A stretch of 54,095 nucleotides of DNA from Chthoniobacteraceae bacterium. Its GTDB lineage: Bacteria; Verrucomicrobiota; Verrucomicrobiia; Chthoniobacterales; Chthoniobacteraceae. The notes under the pieces are model-generated. The model had not been told where the DNA came from, ran no database searches, and worked only from the letters and a program-made list of their open reading frames with translations. Where the stretch lies: positions 1 through 54,095 of the forward strand of contig JANNXQ010000289.1 of assembly GCA_031409655.1 (NCBI GenBank), written 5' to 3'. Made by a program: the position numbers and the translations under genes. Every line of letters begins with the position of its first letter. The first letter of the stretch is position 1. Below, in pieces: positions 1-9,104 of this stretch.

Positions 1-75
1 CCCCCCCCCTCCTTTTGTGGGCGGGGGGGGCGGGGCTGTTCTTTGGCGCCCCCCGGGCCCGCCGCCGCTCCCAGG

Positions 76-1086
76 TCAGCCCAGAACTTTCCAGGTGTGG
101 TCCACGCTTTTCTCGAGCGCGTGGTACTGCTTTCCATTCGCGTCGAGGTGCCGCACGACTGCGCGCTGCGCGTTGATCTGGAGGTGACTGAACCCGTTGA
201 CCGCCGTGCCAAACGGCATCTGGCGCGTCTTGTTCTTCAGCTCCCGCGCCCGCGCGCCGCCGCCGCCGGAGAGCACGAAGCTCGTCTTTTGCCCCGCGAG
301 TTCGAGGTGCTGCAGATCGTGATCGTGCCCGCACAGATAGAAATGCACGCCCGCCGCCTGGAGCAGCGGCGCGAGCTTCTCGACGAGCTCCTTGCTGTCG
401 CCGTGGACGCCATTGGAGTACACGGGATGGTGCCCGACGACGATGGTGAAGGGCGCGCGTTTGCTGGCGAGTTGCTCGCGCAGCCACTGCCATTGCGCCT
501 CTTCCTCGTCCGCCCTCAGGCAGGGCTTGAGCTTCTTTTCCGCGCTCTTGTCTTCGGGATCAGCCTTGCCGCTGACGCTGCGCAGATTCGTATCGAGGAA
601 GAGGAACGTGGCGACGCCGCGCAGCTCCTGGCGATACCACTTCGCCGGCAGCGTCCAGCGCGTGCTGCCGGCGGCCGCGTAGGCGAGCTGCACCTTCTGG
701 CCGTCCACGGTGTCGTGGTAGTCGTGATTTCCGAGCACTGCCGGACATGGGCAATCGAAGACTCCCGCGGGATACATTTCCTCAAAGCCCGACTTCCACC
801 GCTCCGCACTCAGCCCACCGCCAAGCTTGCTGTTCTTGTAGAAATTGTCGCCGAGAAGCAGCAGCCATTCGGGCTTGATTCGCTGCCGCTCGAGATACGT
901 CTGCATGCCGCCCGCCACCGCCGACTGCGCGGGTCCGCCGCTGCCGAAGTCACCGATCATCAGCAGGTGCAGATCGCCTGGCTGTTCCGCGGCAAGCAGC
1001 GGGCGCGGCCGGAGATTCAGCGCGAGCGCGGCGCTGGAGCAGAAGACGGTCTGGAGGAAACGGCGGCGGGGGAGGATGAGGTTCAT
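76..1086 (-). CDS. Tat-exported calcineurin-like metallophosphoesterase (purple/tartrate-resistant acid phosphatase type)
   Basis: Twin-arginine signal PRRRFLQ; metallophosphoesterase motifs GDFG, GDNFY, GNHD, GHHP, GHDH. Confidence 0.85.
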   Translation of the reverse strand: MNLILPRRRFLQTVFCSSAALALNLRPRPLLAAEQPGDLHLLMIGDFGSGGPAQSAVAGGMQTYLERQRIKPEWLLLLGDNFYKNSKLGGGLSAERWKSGFEEMYPAGVFDCPCPAVLGNHDYHDTVDGQKVQLAYAAAGSTRWTLPAKWYRQELRGVATFLFLDTNLRSVSGKADPEDKSAEKKLKPCLRADEEEAQWQWLREQLASKRAPFTIVVGHHPVYSNGVHGDSKELVEKLAPLLQAAGVHFYLCGHDHDLQHLELAGQKTSFVLSGGGGARARELKNKTRQMPFGTAVNGFSHLQINAQRAVVRHLDANGKQYHALEKSVDHTWKVLG

Positions 1087-1143
1087 GAAAGGTATCAGGA
1101 CAACCGGCGAAGCGGCTCAATCCTTGGCGGGAAAGCCAGCGAA

Positions 1144-2526
1144 TCAGAAATGCGATGGCGTGCGCTGGAGGAAGCGTCCGCGTCCAACAGTGCCGACGAA
1201 TTTTCCATCCCGCACCGCGACCTCGCCGCGAACGGTGACGACGCTCGGGCGGCCCTCGATCTCCCAGCCTTCGAAGGCGTTGTAGTCCACGGCTTGGGTC
1301 TGCGTTTTCACGGAGAGTTTTCCGCGATACGCCGGGTCGTAGATCACGAGGTCGGCGTCGCTGCCCACGGCGATGGTGCCCTTGCGCGGGAAGAGGCCGA
1401 AGAGCTTCGCGGCGTTCGTGCTCGCGGCGGCGACGAAGGTCTGGAGGTCCAGCCGTCCGCGCGCGACGCCGTGGGTGTAGAGCAGGTTCACGCGATCTTC
1501 GAGCGACGGGATACCGTTTGGGATCTTGGTGAAATCGTCGCGACCCATCGGCTTCTGACCGACGAAATCAAAGGGCGCGTGATCCGTGGCCACCGTGCTC
1601 ACGAGACCGCTGGCGAGCGCGTTCCAAAGCACGGGCTGATGGCGCGCGTCGCGGAGCGGCGGCGACATCACATACTTCGCGCCCTCGAAGTCCAGACGCT
1701 CGGCGTAGGTTTTGTCGAGGAGCAGATATTGGATGAGCGTTTCCACCCACACTTTCACCCCGCGCTGCCGGGCCGCGATGGCCGCATCGAGCGCCTCTTC
1801 GCAACTCGTGTGCACGCAATAGACATGCGCGCCGGTGAGTTCGGCGAAGGTGCAAAGGTGATGCACACCTTCCGCCTCGACGCGCGGCGGACGGCTCGCG
1901 TGATGGCCCTCGGGACCGGTGACGCCGGCAGCGAGCAATTCGCGCGAGCGCTCCGCAACGAGCGTCTCATTTTCACAATGCGCGGTGACGATCACGCCCA
2001 GTTCCTTCGCGAGCTTTAGCGTCTGGTAAAGTTCCGCGTCGTCGATGCCGAAGGCGCCTTTGTAAGCGAGGAAGACTTTGAAGGAGCTGATCCCGCGCGC
2101 GACGATCTCGCGGAGTTGGACGGCGGTCGTCGCGTCGAATTTCGTCACGCCCATGTGGAAGGTGAAATCGCACGCGGATTTTCCCACGGCCTGCTCCATC
2201 CACAGTTCGAAACCCGCGAGTGTGTCGTCCTTCCGCGACGGGCAGCACATCTCGATGAGCGTGGTGGTGCCGCCGACGAGCGCGGCCTGGCTGCCGGTGA
2301 CGTAGGTGTCCTTCGCAAACGTGCCCATGAAGGGCAGGTAGATGTGGACGTGCGGATCGATGAAGCCGGGGAAGACGAGCTGGCCCGTGGCGTCGATGAC
2401 CTCCGCACCGGCGGGCGCCGTGAGGCCGCGCCCGAGCTGGGTGATGGTCTCGCCTTCGCAAAAAATGTCGCCGGTGAAATCGGAGTCCGCGGTGACGATG
2501 CGGCCGTTCTGGATGAGGAGAGGCAT
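1144..2526 (-). CDS. hydA: Dihydropyrimidinase (D-hydantoinase)
   Basis: PGFIDPHVH, GGTTT, SFKVFLAYKG (carboxylated Lys), HCEN, SPPLR, TDHAPF, IPNG; lies in a pyrimidine catabolic gene run. Confidence 0.92.
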   Translation of the reverse strand: MPLLIQNGRIVTADSDFTGDIFCEGETITQLGRGLTAPAGAEVIDATGQLVFPGFIDPHVHIYLPFMGTFAKDTYVTGSQAALVGGTTTLIEMCCPSRKDDTLAGFELWMEQAVGKSACDFTFHMGVTKFDATTAVQLREIVARGISSFKVFLAYKGAFGIDDAELYQTLKLAKELGVIVTAHCENETLVAERSRELLAAGVTGPEGHHASRPPRVEAEGVHHLCTFAELTGAHVYCVHTSCEEALDAAIAARQRGVKVWVETLIQYLLLDKTYAERLDFEGAKYVMSPPLRDARHQPVLWNALASGLVSTVATDHAPFDFVGQKPMGRDDFTKIPNGIPSLEDRVNLLYTHGVARGRLDLQTFVAAASTNAAKLFGLFPRKGTIAVGSDADLVIYDPAYRGKLSVKTQTQAVDYNAFEGWEIEGRPSVVTVRGEVAVRDGKFVGTVGRGRFLQRTPSHF

Positions 2527-2601
2527 GGCAGTCGATGGGTGAAGGACGGGTTGCGTTTTGTCGCACTGCCCCGGCGAATGCGATGGTAAAAGCGCGGGGC
2601 G

Positions 2602-3126
2602 CTACCCGAAGAGCTGCGCCTGGCCTTTCTCGCCCGCCCGCTCCGCCTTGAATTGCGCGAGCAGCTCCCGACGTCGCTCCGCCGGGATCTCGCGCTTGAT
2701 CTTCGCGATCTCCGCCCCCGCGAGCACGTCGCACCGCTCATTCCCCTCGTTGCCCGTATGACCGCGCACCCAGCGCCAGGCGATCTCGTGCCGCCGCGCC
2801 TGTTCGTCGAGTTCACGCCAGAGTTCCGCATTTTTCACCGCCTCCGTTGGCGTCCGCATCCAGCCGCGCTTCCGCCAGCCGTGGACCCACTTCGTGATCC
2901 CGTTGCGGACGTACTCCGAGTCGGTGTGAAGCTCGACCGTGCAGCGCTCCGTGAGCACGCGCAGCGCTTCGATCGCCGCGCGCAGCTCCATCCGATTGTT
3001 CGTCGTCGCCGGCTCACCGCCACTGATCTCCCGGCGCTTCTCGCCGTAGCGCAAGACCGCCGCCCAGCCTCCGGGCCCCGGATTTCCCTCACAGCCGCCG
3101 TCGGTGTGGATCGTGACCTTCTTCAT
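2602..3126 (-). CDS. rnhA: Ribonuclease HI with a C-terminal extension
   Basis: Start set at MKKVTIHTDGG; catalytic motifs TDG, TNNRMEL, TDSEY, GH, NERCD; extra helical tail ending GQAQLFG. Confidence 0.93.
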   Translation of the reverse strand: MKKVTIHTDGGCEGNPGPGGWAAVLRYGEKRREISGGEPATTNNRMELRAAIEALRVLTERCTVELHTDSEYVRNGITKWVHGWRKRGWMRTPTEAVKNAELWRELDEQARRHEIAWRWVRGHTGNEGNERCDVLAGAEIAKIKREIPAERRRELLAQFKAERAGEKGQAQLFG

Positions 3127-3140
3127 CACACTCGCCGGCC

Positions 3141-4616
3141 CTACTTCTTCCACACGTCGCCCACCCCTTCGCCAAACCAGCGGGTGCTGATGACTTTCTG
3201 CTGGGTGTAAAATTGCACGGCTTCGCGACCCTGGATGTGGAGGTCGCCGAAGAAACTTTCGTCCCAACCGGTGAAGGGGAACATCGCCATGGTCGCAGGC
3301 ACGCCGACGTTGATGCCGACCATGCCGGCTTTCACGCGGTGTTTGAATTCGCGCGCGGCTTTGCCGGAGTTGGTGAAAATGGCGGCGCCGTTGCCGAAGG
3401 CGGAGGCATTGGCGGTGGCGATCGCGGCGTCGAGGTCGTCCATGCGCATGACGTTCAGCACGGGGCCGAAGACTTCTTCGCGGGCGAGCGTCGTGCCGGG
3501 CTGCACTTGATCCACAATGGTCGCGCCGAGGTAGAAGCCGCCAGGAGCTTCGGGCACGCGTACGTTGCGGCCATCGGCAATCACATTCGCGCCTTCGCTC
3601 TCGCCACTCGCGACGAGGCTGAGCACGCGGTTGCGATGCAGCGCAGTGATCACCGGACCCATGTCGGGCTGCGCCGGGCGGTCGGTGGGGCCGACCTTGA
3701 TCGCGCGCGCGGCTTCGACGAGCGAGGGCAGCAAACGCTCCGCGGCGGCACCGACGGTGAGCGCCGTCGAACCAGCCATGCAGCGTTCACCGGCGCAGCC
3801 AAAAGCGGCGGTGCTGAGGCTTTCGACCGTCCTCGGCACGTCGGCATCGGGCATCACCACGATGTAATTTTTCGCGCCACCGTTCGCTTGCACTCGTTTC
3901 CCATTCCGCGTGCCGGTCTCGTAGATGTAGCGGGCGATGGGCGTGGAGCCGACGAAGGAAATGGCGCGCACTTTCGGATGCGTGAGCAGGGCATCGACGC
4001 ACTCGCGTCCGCCGTGGACGAGATTGAGCACGCCTTTCGGCAGGCCCGCTTTTTCGAGTAACTCAACGAGCGCGATCGCCGTCAGCGGCACCTTCTCGCT
4101 GGGCTTGAGCACGAAGGTATTCCCGCAGACCAGCGCGAGCGGGAACATCCAGAGAGGGACCATCGCGGGAAAATTAAACGGTGTGATCCCGACGCACACG
4201 CCGAGCGGTTGGAGCACCGTCTCGCAGTCCACGCCCCGCGCGATATTTTCCAGCGTATCCCCCATCAGCAGCGACGGTGCGCCGCAGGCATACTCGATAT
4301 TCTCCAGCCCACGAAACAAGCTCCCACGGGCCTCCGCGAGCGTCTTCCCATGCTCGCGCGAGACCGTGGCGCAGAGCCGATCAAAATTTTCCTCCACGAG
4401 CTGCCGATAGCGGAACATGACCCGCGCGCGCTCCACGACCGGCGTGTCCCGCCAGGCCGGGAATGCCGCGGCCGCAGCCTCGACGGCAGCATGCACTTCG
4501 GCAGCGCCACCCGAGGGACACTCGGCGATGACCTCGCCGGTGGAAGGATTGAAGACCGGCGTGCCGCTCGTGGCCAAACGCCATTCGCCGGCGATATATT
4601 GCGGACAGGCAATCAT
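3141..4616 (-). CDS. mmsA: CoA-acylating methylmalonate/malonate-semialdehyde dehydrogenase
   Basis: GITPFNFPAMVPLW, LKPSEK, SFVGST, GGAKNY, AFGCAGERCMA, EEVFGPV, GMVGINV. Confidence 0.92.
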   Translation of the reverse strand: MIACPQYIAGEWRLATSGTPVFNPSTGEVIAECPSGGAAEVHAAVEAAAAAFPAWRDTPVVERARVMFRYRQLVEENFDRLCATVSREHGKTLAEARGSLFRGLENIEYACGAPSLLMGDTLENIARGVDCETVLQPLGVCVGITPFNFPAMVPLWMFPLALVCGNTFVLKPSEKVPLTAIALVELLEKAGLPKGVLNLVHGGRECVDALLTHPKVRAISFVGSTPIARYIYETGTRNGKRVQANGGAKNYIVVMPDADVPRTVESLSTAAFGCAGERCMAGSTALTVGAAAERLLPSLVEAARAIKVGPTDRPAQPDMGPVITALHRNRVLSLVASGESEGANVIADGRNVRVPEAPGGFYLGATIVDQVQPGTTLAREEVFGPVLNVMRMDDLDAAIATANASAFGNGAAIFTNSGKAAREFKHRVKAGMVGINVGVPATMAMFPFTGWDESFFGDLHIQGREAVQFYTQQKVISTRWFGEGVGDVWKK

Positions 4617-4619
4617 CGG

Positions 4620-5750
4620 TCACCCGCGAGCGAGCGCGTCGCTCTGCTTCACGAAATCATCGCCGGTCCACTCGCCATCGGCGGCGACCATCTTCTTGGC
4701 CGTCTCGGCAGCTTTCTGCGCGGCCTTCCGGGCGGTCTGGCGCTGTACGAGGTCGGCGTGCGTGGTAAAGTAGTCGAGCGACTTGCCTTTGAAATCCGCG
4801 AGCGTCTCGAACTTGTGCTTTTCCATGAAGGCGAGCAGTTCGTCGCACATCGGCTTCACGTGTTCGTAGCCAAATTTCATCACGCCGGTGCAGACCTGCA
4901 CGGTGTCGCCGCCGAGCAGGATGAACTCCGCGGCATCGCGTCCGCTCTCCACGCCACCGATGGCCGAGAGCGTGCGTCCGGGGAATTCCTTCCGAATCAT
5001 TTGCGCGATCTCCATGACCATGCGGAGCGCGATCGGCTTTACCGCCCGCGACGAATAACCACCCGGCGTGGTGTAGCCTTCCACGCTCGGCTCCGGGCGC
5101 AGCGTCTCGAGATCCACGCCCATCACGCTGCGGATTGTATTGATCGCACTCACGCCATGGCACCCAGCGCGCAAGGCCGCGCGACTCGGGTCTTCGATGT
5201 GGGTCACGTTCGGCGTCATCTTCGCCCACACGGGTTTCTTCGCCACGTCCATCACCCAGCGGCACACTTCATCGAGGATCGCGGGATCTTCGCCCATCGC
5301 CGCGCCCATCTTGCGTTCGGGCAGTCCATGCGGGCAGGAGAAATTCAGCTCAAAAGCATCCACCCCCGCATCCTGGCAGCGCTCGACGATCTCGATCCAG
5401 GCGTCCTTCCGATACTCCTCCATGATCGAAGCGATCAGCACCCCCTCGGGGAACTGGTCTTTGCACTTCTTGAATTCCTCCAGCCAGATCGAAAACTTCC
5501 GGTCGCTAATCAGCTCAATGTTTTCCCAACCGATCACTTCGCTCCGGTCCGCAGAGTAGAGCTTCGCATAACGCGGCGTCACGTTGACCACCTTGCTCGC
5601 ATCGAGGCTCACCGTCTTGGCGATCACCGCACCCCAGCCCTCCTTAAAGGCGCGCGTGATGACATTGATATTCGTCCCCGGCGGCCCCGACCCGATGACA
5701 AAAGGATTCGGCAACTTCAAACCATCGACGGTCGTGGCGAGGGAGGGCAT
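4620..5750 (-). CDS. preA: Dihydropyrimidine dehydrogenase FMN subunit (PreA / plant PYD1-like), without a C-terminal ferredoxin domain
   Basis: NPFVIGSGPPGTN, NIELISDR, ELNFSCPHG, AKMTPN, SAINT, VQVCT; no CxxCxxC clusters at the C-terminus. Confidence 0.9.
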   Translation of the reverse strand: MPSLATTVDGLKLPNPFVIGSGPPGTNINVITRAFKEGWGAVIAKTVSLDASKVVNVTPRYAKLYSADRSEVIGWENIELISDRKFSIWLEEFKKCKDQFPEGVLIASIMEEYRKDAWIEIVERCQDAGVDAFELNFSCPHGLPERKMGAAMGEDPAILDEVCRWVMDVAKKPVWAKMTPNVTHIEDPSRAALRAGCHGVSAINTIRSVMGVDLETLRPEPSVEGYTTPGGYSSRAVKPIALRMVMEIAQMIRKEFPGRTLSAIGGVESGRDAAEFILLGGDTVQVCTGVMKFGYEHVKPMCDELLAFMEKHKFETLADFKGKSLDYFTTHADLVQRQTARKAAQKAAETAKKMVAADGEWTGDDFVKQSDALARG

Positions 5751-5756
5751 GGCTCG

Positions 5757-5762
5757 ACGCTA
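5757..5762 (-). promoter_or_regulatory. Possible -10 element (TAGCGT) of a leaderless preA transcript
   Basis: TANNNT hexamer 6 nt upstream of the ATG with no Shine-Dalgarno; pattern match only. Confidence 0.3.
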
Positions 5763-5876
5763 GCCACCCGCGCACGGGACGGAAAGCGGGAAGATGCCGA
5801 ACCATGTCACCGTGAAAGTGCGCCGGTCGATGCTCCTTGAACACCATGACCGCTTCCCGCTAAGGCATCCCTCGCC

Positions 5877-8342
5877 ATGCCCCCTCCCGAAGCCCGGTTC
5901 GCGGTTCTGATGTTCACGGACATCGTGGACTCGACGGGGCTGAAGTCCACCCATGGCGTGCCTGCCTACATGGCTGCGTTCGAGCGGCACAATGCGCTGT
6001 TTGAGGGCATCGCGCCCAGTTTCCCGGCGATGCGGATCTTCAAGCATACCGGCGACGGTTACTTCGCTTCGTTCGCGGGTGTCGCTGACGCCGTTCGCTT
6101 CGCGCTGCTCTTCCAGGATGTCATGCGGCGCGAAAGATGGACCGCCGTCACGCTCGCTACGCGCATCGGCATCCACACGGGCGAAGTCACCGAAACCGAA
6201 ATCCTCGGGCACGGTGATTTGCAAGGCCCCGCTGCTGACCTCACCGCGCGCGTCATGTCGCTCGCCGTTGGCGGACAGATTCTTCTCACGCGCGGACCGT
6301 TCGACGAGGCGCGCCCCTTCGTCCGCGAGCACCCACTCGTCGATGGGGAAACGGCACCCGCGCTGAGCTGGCTCGCCCACGGCCCCTACCGAATGAAAGG
6401 CCGCGACGAGCCGATGGAAATCTTCGAGGTCGGTGCCGATGGCCTCGCTCCGCTCGCGCCACCACCCGACAGTGAGAAGGCAAAGCGCGCCATCCGGCCC
6501 GGCGAAGAGGAGACCCTCGGCTGGCGTCCGGCGGACGGACTCGAGATCCCCGGACGCCCCGGCTGGCGGCTCGTCGGCAAACTCGGTGCCGGCGGCTTCG
6601 GCGAAGTATGGACCGGCGAACACGCGAAACTCCACCAGCGCCGCGCCTTCAAGTTCTGCTTCGACGACGAACGCCTCCGCGCCCTCAAGCGCGAAGTCAC
6701 CCTCGTGCGCCTGCTCCGCAGCGCGCTCGGCGAGCGCGACGACATCGTCCACCTCCACGAACTCAAGCTCGACGCCCCGCCTTTTTATCTCGAAAGCGAC
6801 CTCGCCCCGCACGGCAACCTCCTCCAGTGGGCCGAGCGCATGGGTGGCCTCGAAAAAACTCCGCTCGCGCAACGCATCGCCCTCGTCGCCCGCACCGCCA
6901 CCGCCCTCGCTGCCGCGCACAGCATCGGCGTCCTGCACAAGGACATCAAACCGACGAACATCCTCATCTTCGACGGCCCCAACGGCGAACCGCGCCCGCG
7001 CCTCGTCGATTTCGGCATCGGCACCCTCGCCGATCCGGCAGTGCTCGGCGAACACGGCGTCACCGCCGCCGGCTTCACCCGCACGAAAGTCGAGCACAGC
7101 ACCGGCACGCCGACTTACAGCCCTCCCGAATACCTCGCCGGAAAACCCTACACCATCCAGGGCGACATCTACGGCCTCGGCGTCCTGCTCTACCAACTCG
7201 TCACCGCCAAGCCGCTCGACCCGCTTGCCGTCGGTTGGGAACGCGACATCGCCGACCTGCTCCTCCGCGAAGACGTCGCCGCTTGCGTCGATGGCGACCC
7301 CGCACGCCGGCTCCCGAGCGCCGCCGACCTCGCCGGTCGCCTTCTCCACCTCGACGAGCGTCGCGCCGAGATCGTGGAAAAGGAACGCCTCATCCGCGAA
7401 GCCACCGCCCTTGCCGAAGCCGAAGCCGCCGCGCTCGCCGATCGAGTCCGCCTCGCACGCCTACGCAAACTCGCCACCGCCTTTGCCGTCCTCGCCCTGC
7501 TCGCAATCGTGGGCGCTGCGACCGCGTGGATAGCGCTTGGCGAAGTCGGGCGGAAGAAAGCGGAACTAGATCGCAAGAATACCGAGCAGCGCGCGCTGCT
7601 CGTCGAGGCGGCCCGTTCTGACCGGCTCGTTGCGGAGGAAAAGTTGCGCGCGGGGCGGGAGCGTGAAGCGTTCGCTCATCTCGCCCGCGCGGGTGCATAC
7701 GATCCCACCTCGACACTCGCGGCAGAAATGGCCGCGGTGGCCGTCAATACGTGGGAGCACCCATTGCCCTCAACAATCCTCGCGGGGCACGAGGGCAGGC
7801 TGGCGAGCGCGCAGTTCAGCCCGGACGGCACGCGCATCGTCACCGGCTCCTTAGACGGGACCGCGCGCGTGTGGGACGCCGCGACCGGCAAGCCCCTCGC
7901 CACGCTCACTGGGCATGAGGGTTCGGTGATGAGCGCGCAGTTCAGCCCGGACGGCTCGCGCATCGTCACCGGCTCCTACGACAAGACCGCGCGCGTGTGG
8001 GACGCCACGACCGGCAAGCCCCTCGCCACGCTCACCGGGCATGAGGATGAGGTGGGGAGCCCGCAGTTCAGCCCGGACGGCTCGCGCATCGTCACCGCCT
8101 CCTCCGACAAGACCACGCGCATCTCGACCCTTCTCCCACCGAGAACTGGCCCACCGCCAGATTGGTTCCCCGATTTCCTCCGCTACATGGCGCAGATGCG
8201 ATTGAACGCGGACGGGGAGCTGGAAACGCTCAAGCCGGACGACTGGCTCGCGCTGCGGGAGCGGATGCGGGCGGTGCGGCGCGCGAGCGCGGGGCAGGAC
8301 ACGCCTTACCTCCGCATCCTCCGCCGCTGGGTGCCGGAGTAG
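5877..8342 (+). CDS. Class III nucleotide cyclase - Ser/Thr kinase - TM helix - WD40 repeat fusion protein
   Basis: Cyclase motifs FTDIVDST, KHTGDG, RIGIHTGE, DLQGPAADLTAR, MKG; kinase motifs GAGGFGEV, AFK, HKDIKPTN, DFG, GTPTYSPPE, DIYGLG; hydrophobic LATAFAVLALLAIVGAATAWIAL; three GH..FSPDG..WD-type repeats. Confidence 0.88.
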   Translation: MPPPEARFAVLMFTDIVDSTGLKSTHGVPAYMAAFERHNALFEGIAPSFPAMRIFKHTGDGYFASFAGVADAVRFALLFQDVMRRERWTAVTLATRIGIHTGEVTETEILGHGDLQGPAADLTARVMSLAVGGQILLTRGPFDEARPFVREHPLVDGETAPALSWLAHGPYRMKGRDEPMEIFEVGADGLAPLAPPPDSEKAKRAIRPGEEETLGWRPADGLEIPGRPGWRLVGKLGAGGFGEVWTGEHAKLHQRRAFKFCFDDERLRALKREVTLVRLLRSALGERDDIVHLHELKLDAPPFYLESDLAPHGNLLQWAERMGGLEKTPLAQRIALVARTATALAAAHSIGVLHKDIKPTNILIFDGPNGEPRPRLVDFGIGTLADPAVLGEHGVTAAGFTRTKVEHSTGTPTYSPPEYLAGKPYTIQGDIYGLGVLLYQLVTAKPLDPLAVGWERDIADLLLREDVAACVDGDPARRLPSAADLAGRLLHLDERRAEIVEKERLIREATALAEAEAAALADRVRLARLRKLATAFAVLALLAIVGAATAWIALGEVGRKKAELDRKNTEQRALLVEAARSDRLVAEEKLRAGREREAFAHLARAGAYDPTSTLAAEMAAVAVNTWEHPLPSTILAGHEGRLASAQFSPDGTRIVTGSLDGTARVWDAATGKPLATLTGHEGSVMSAQFSPDGSRIVTGSYDKTARVWDATTGKPLATLTGHEDEVGSPQFSPDGSRIVTASSDKTTRISTLLPPRTGPPPDWFPDFLRYMAQMRLNADGELETLKPDDWLALRERMRAVRRASAGQDTPYLRILRRWVPE
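7779..8123 (+). repeat. About three tandem 126-bp near-identical WD40-coding repeats
   Basis: gcagttcagcccggacgg recurs at 7811, 7937 and 8063 (exact 126-nt period). Confidence 0.92.
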
Positions 8343-8362
8343 GACAGGCGTCGGCTCCCGTC
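8339..8362 (+). repeat. Degenerate GTAG-type REP half-site overlapping the kinase gene stop codon
   Basis: gtaggacaggcgtcggctcccgtc resembles gtagggcaggcgctccgcctgcc at 45073. Confidence 0.4.
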
Positions 8363-8741
8363 AGACCCGCAGCGCTGCGCGTGCTTCCCGGCGGAAGTCG
8401 CGGCACATCGTGAGGGCACGCCTTGCCTCGGCCAGCGTGGCATCGGTCCCCGGATAGCGGAAGGCGACGGCAAACTGGGCGAGGTACTTTGCCGCCGGCA
8501 TGAAGGCCGCCCACATTGGCTCGAGCCGGAGTACGGGTTGAAGCAGTTGCGGCAGGTCGTGGGTCTTTGGCGGCACGGTGCCGGCTTCGACGAGTCGTGC
8601 CTTGAGATACTTCTCGACGCACTGCTGGCAGTGGAAGCTCTGCACATTCGGCGCGCGATTCTTGCGGCGACGGCTCAATCCGGCGGCAACGGAAAAATCT
8701 TCTTCCGCCTTCTCCACCCACTCACGAGTGACCGCTCGCAT
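8361..8741 (-). CDS. HEPN domain protein (MNT-HEPN pair)
   Basis: Start MRAVTREW; W..KAEED, FHCQQCVEKYLKA, KTHDL, RYP motifs; overlaps the upstream MNT gene by 20 nt. Confidence 0.88.
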   Translation of the reverse strand: MRAVTREWVEKAEEDFSVAAGLSRRRKNRAPNVQSFHCQQCVEKYLKARLVEAGTVPPKTHDLPQLLQPVLRLEPMWAAFMPAAKYLAQFAVAFRYPGTDATLAEARRALTMCRDFRREARAALRV

Positions 8742-9045
8742 ACAGGACCTTTCCCCGGTCAAGAATCTCGCGGATGAAGAAATCGCCCATCGCTTCACGC
8801 TTCGCGATCTCGCGCGGGGAGCGCACCAGCAGGTCGATGGGAAAACCCGGATGCTCCAGGCGATTGCGGATGCGAAAGGATTGCTCGATCGCGCTGCCGC
8901 GGAAGGGCATCACGACCATCAGATCCACGTCGGAATCTTCGGTGACCTGGCCGTAGGCGTGAGAGCCGAAGAGGATGATCTTCTCAGGGTGAAACTCGCG
9001 CGCGATCGCTTCGGTGTATTGCTGGATGGCTTCGCGACGGTGCAT
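8722..9045 (-). CDS. Minimal nucleotidyltransferase (MNT), predicted antitoxin
   Basis: Start MHRREAIQ; IILFGSHAYG....SDVDL (GS-x10-DxD); 107 aa; directly upstream of HEPN. Confidence 0.88.
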   Translation of the reverse strand: MHRREAIQQYTEAIAREFHPEKIILFGSHAYGQVTEDSDVDLMVVMPFRGSAIEQSFRIRNRLEHPGFPIDLLVRSPREIAKREAMGDFFIREILDRGKVLYASGHS

Positions 9046-9104
9046 ACCCGTGAAAGGATAGTCACACCGCACGCGACGGAGAAGCGCGAATTTCCGCGCC
9101 CGCA

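Noticed and set aside
1..75. Poly-C/poly-G stretch at the window start, ending in a REP-like gccgccgctcccagg
   Set aside because: Looks like low-quality contig-end sequence over a degenerate repeat; no reliable call is possible.
43..2019. 658-aa plus-strand ORF, and similar long ORFs at 5760-7349, 18334-20583, 42240-44744 and 49252-51597
   Set aside because: Antisense shadows of well-supported genes in high-GC DNA, with no recognisable motifs.
5877..6450. Cyclase as a Pycsar or CBASS defence cyclase
   Set aside because: It retains adenine-type Lys/Asp specificity residues, is not a CD-NTase fold, and has no adjacent cyclic-nucleotide-binding effector.
7779..8123. Tandem repeats as a CRISPR array or DGR template/variable pair
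   Set aside because: They are in-frame WD40 units without unique spacers, and there are no cas or reverse transcriptase genes in the window.
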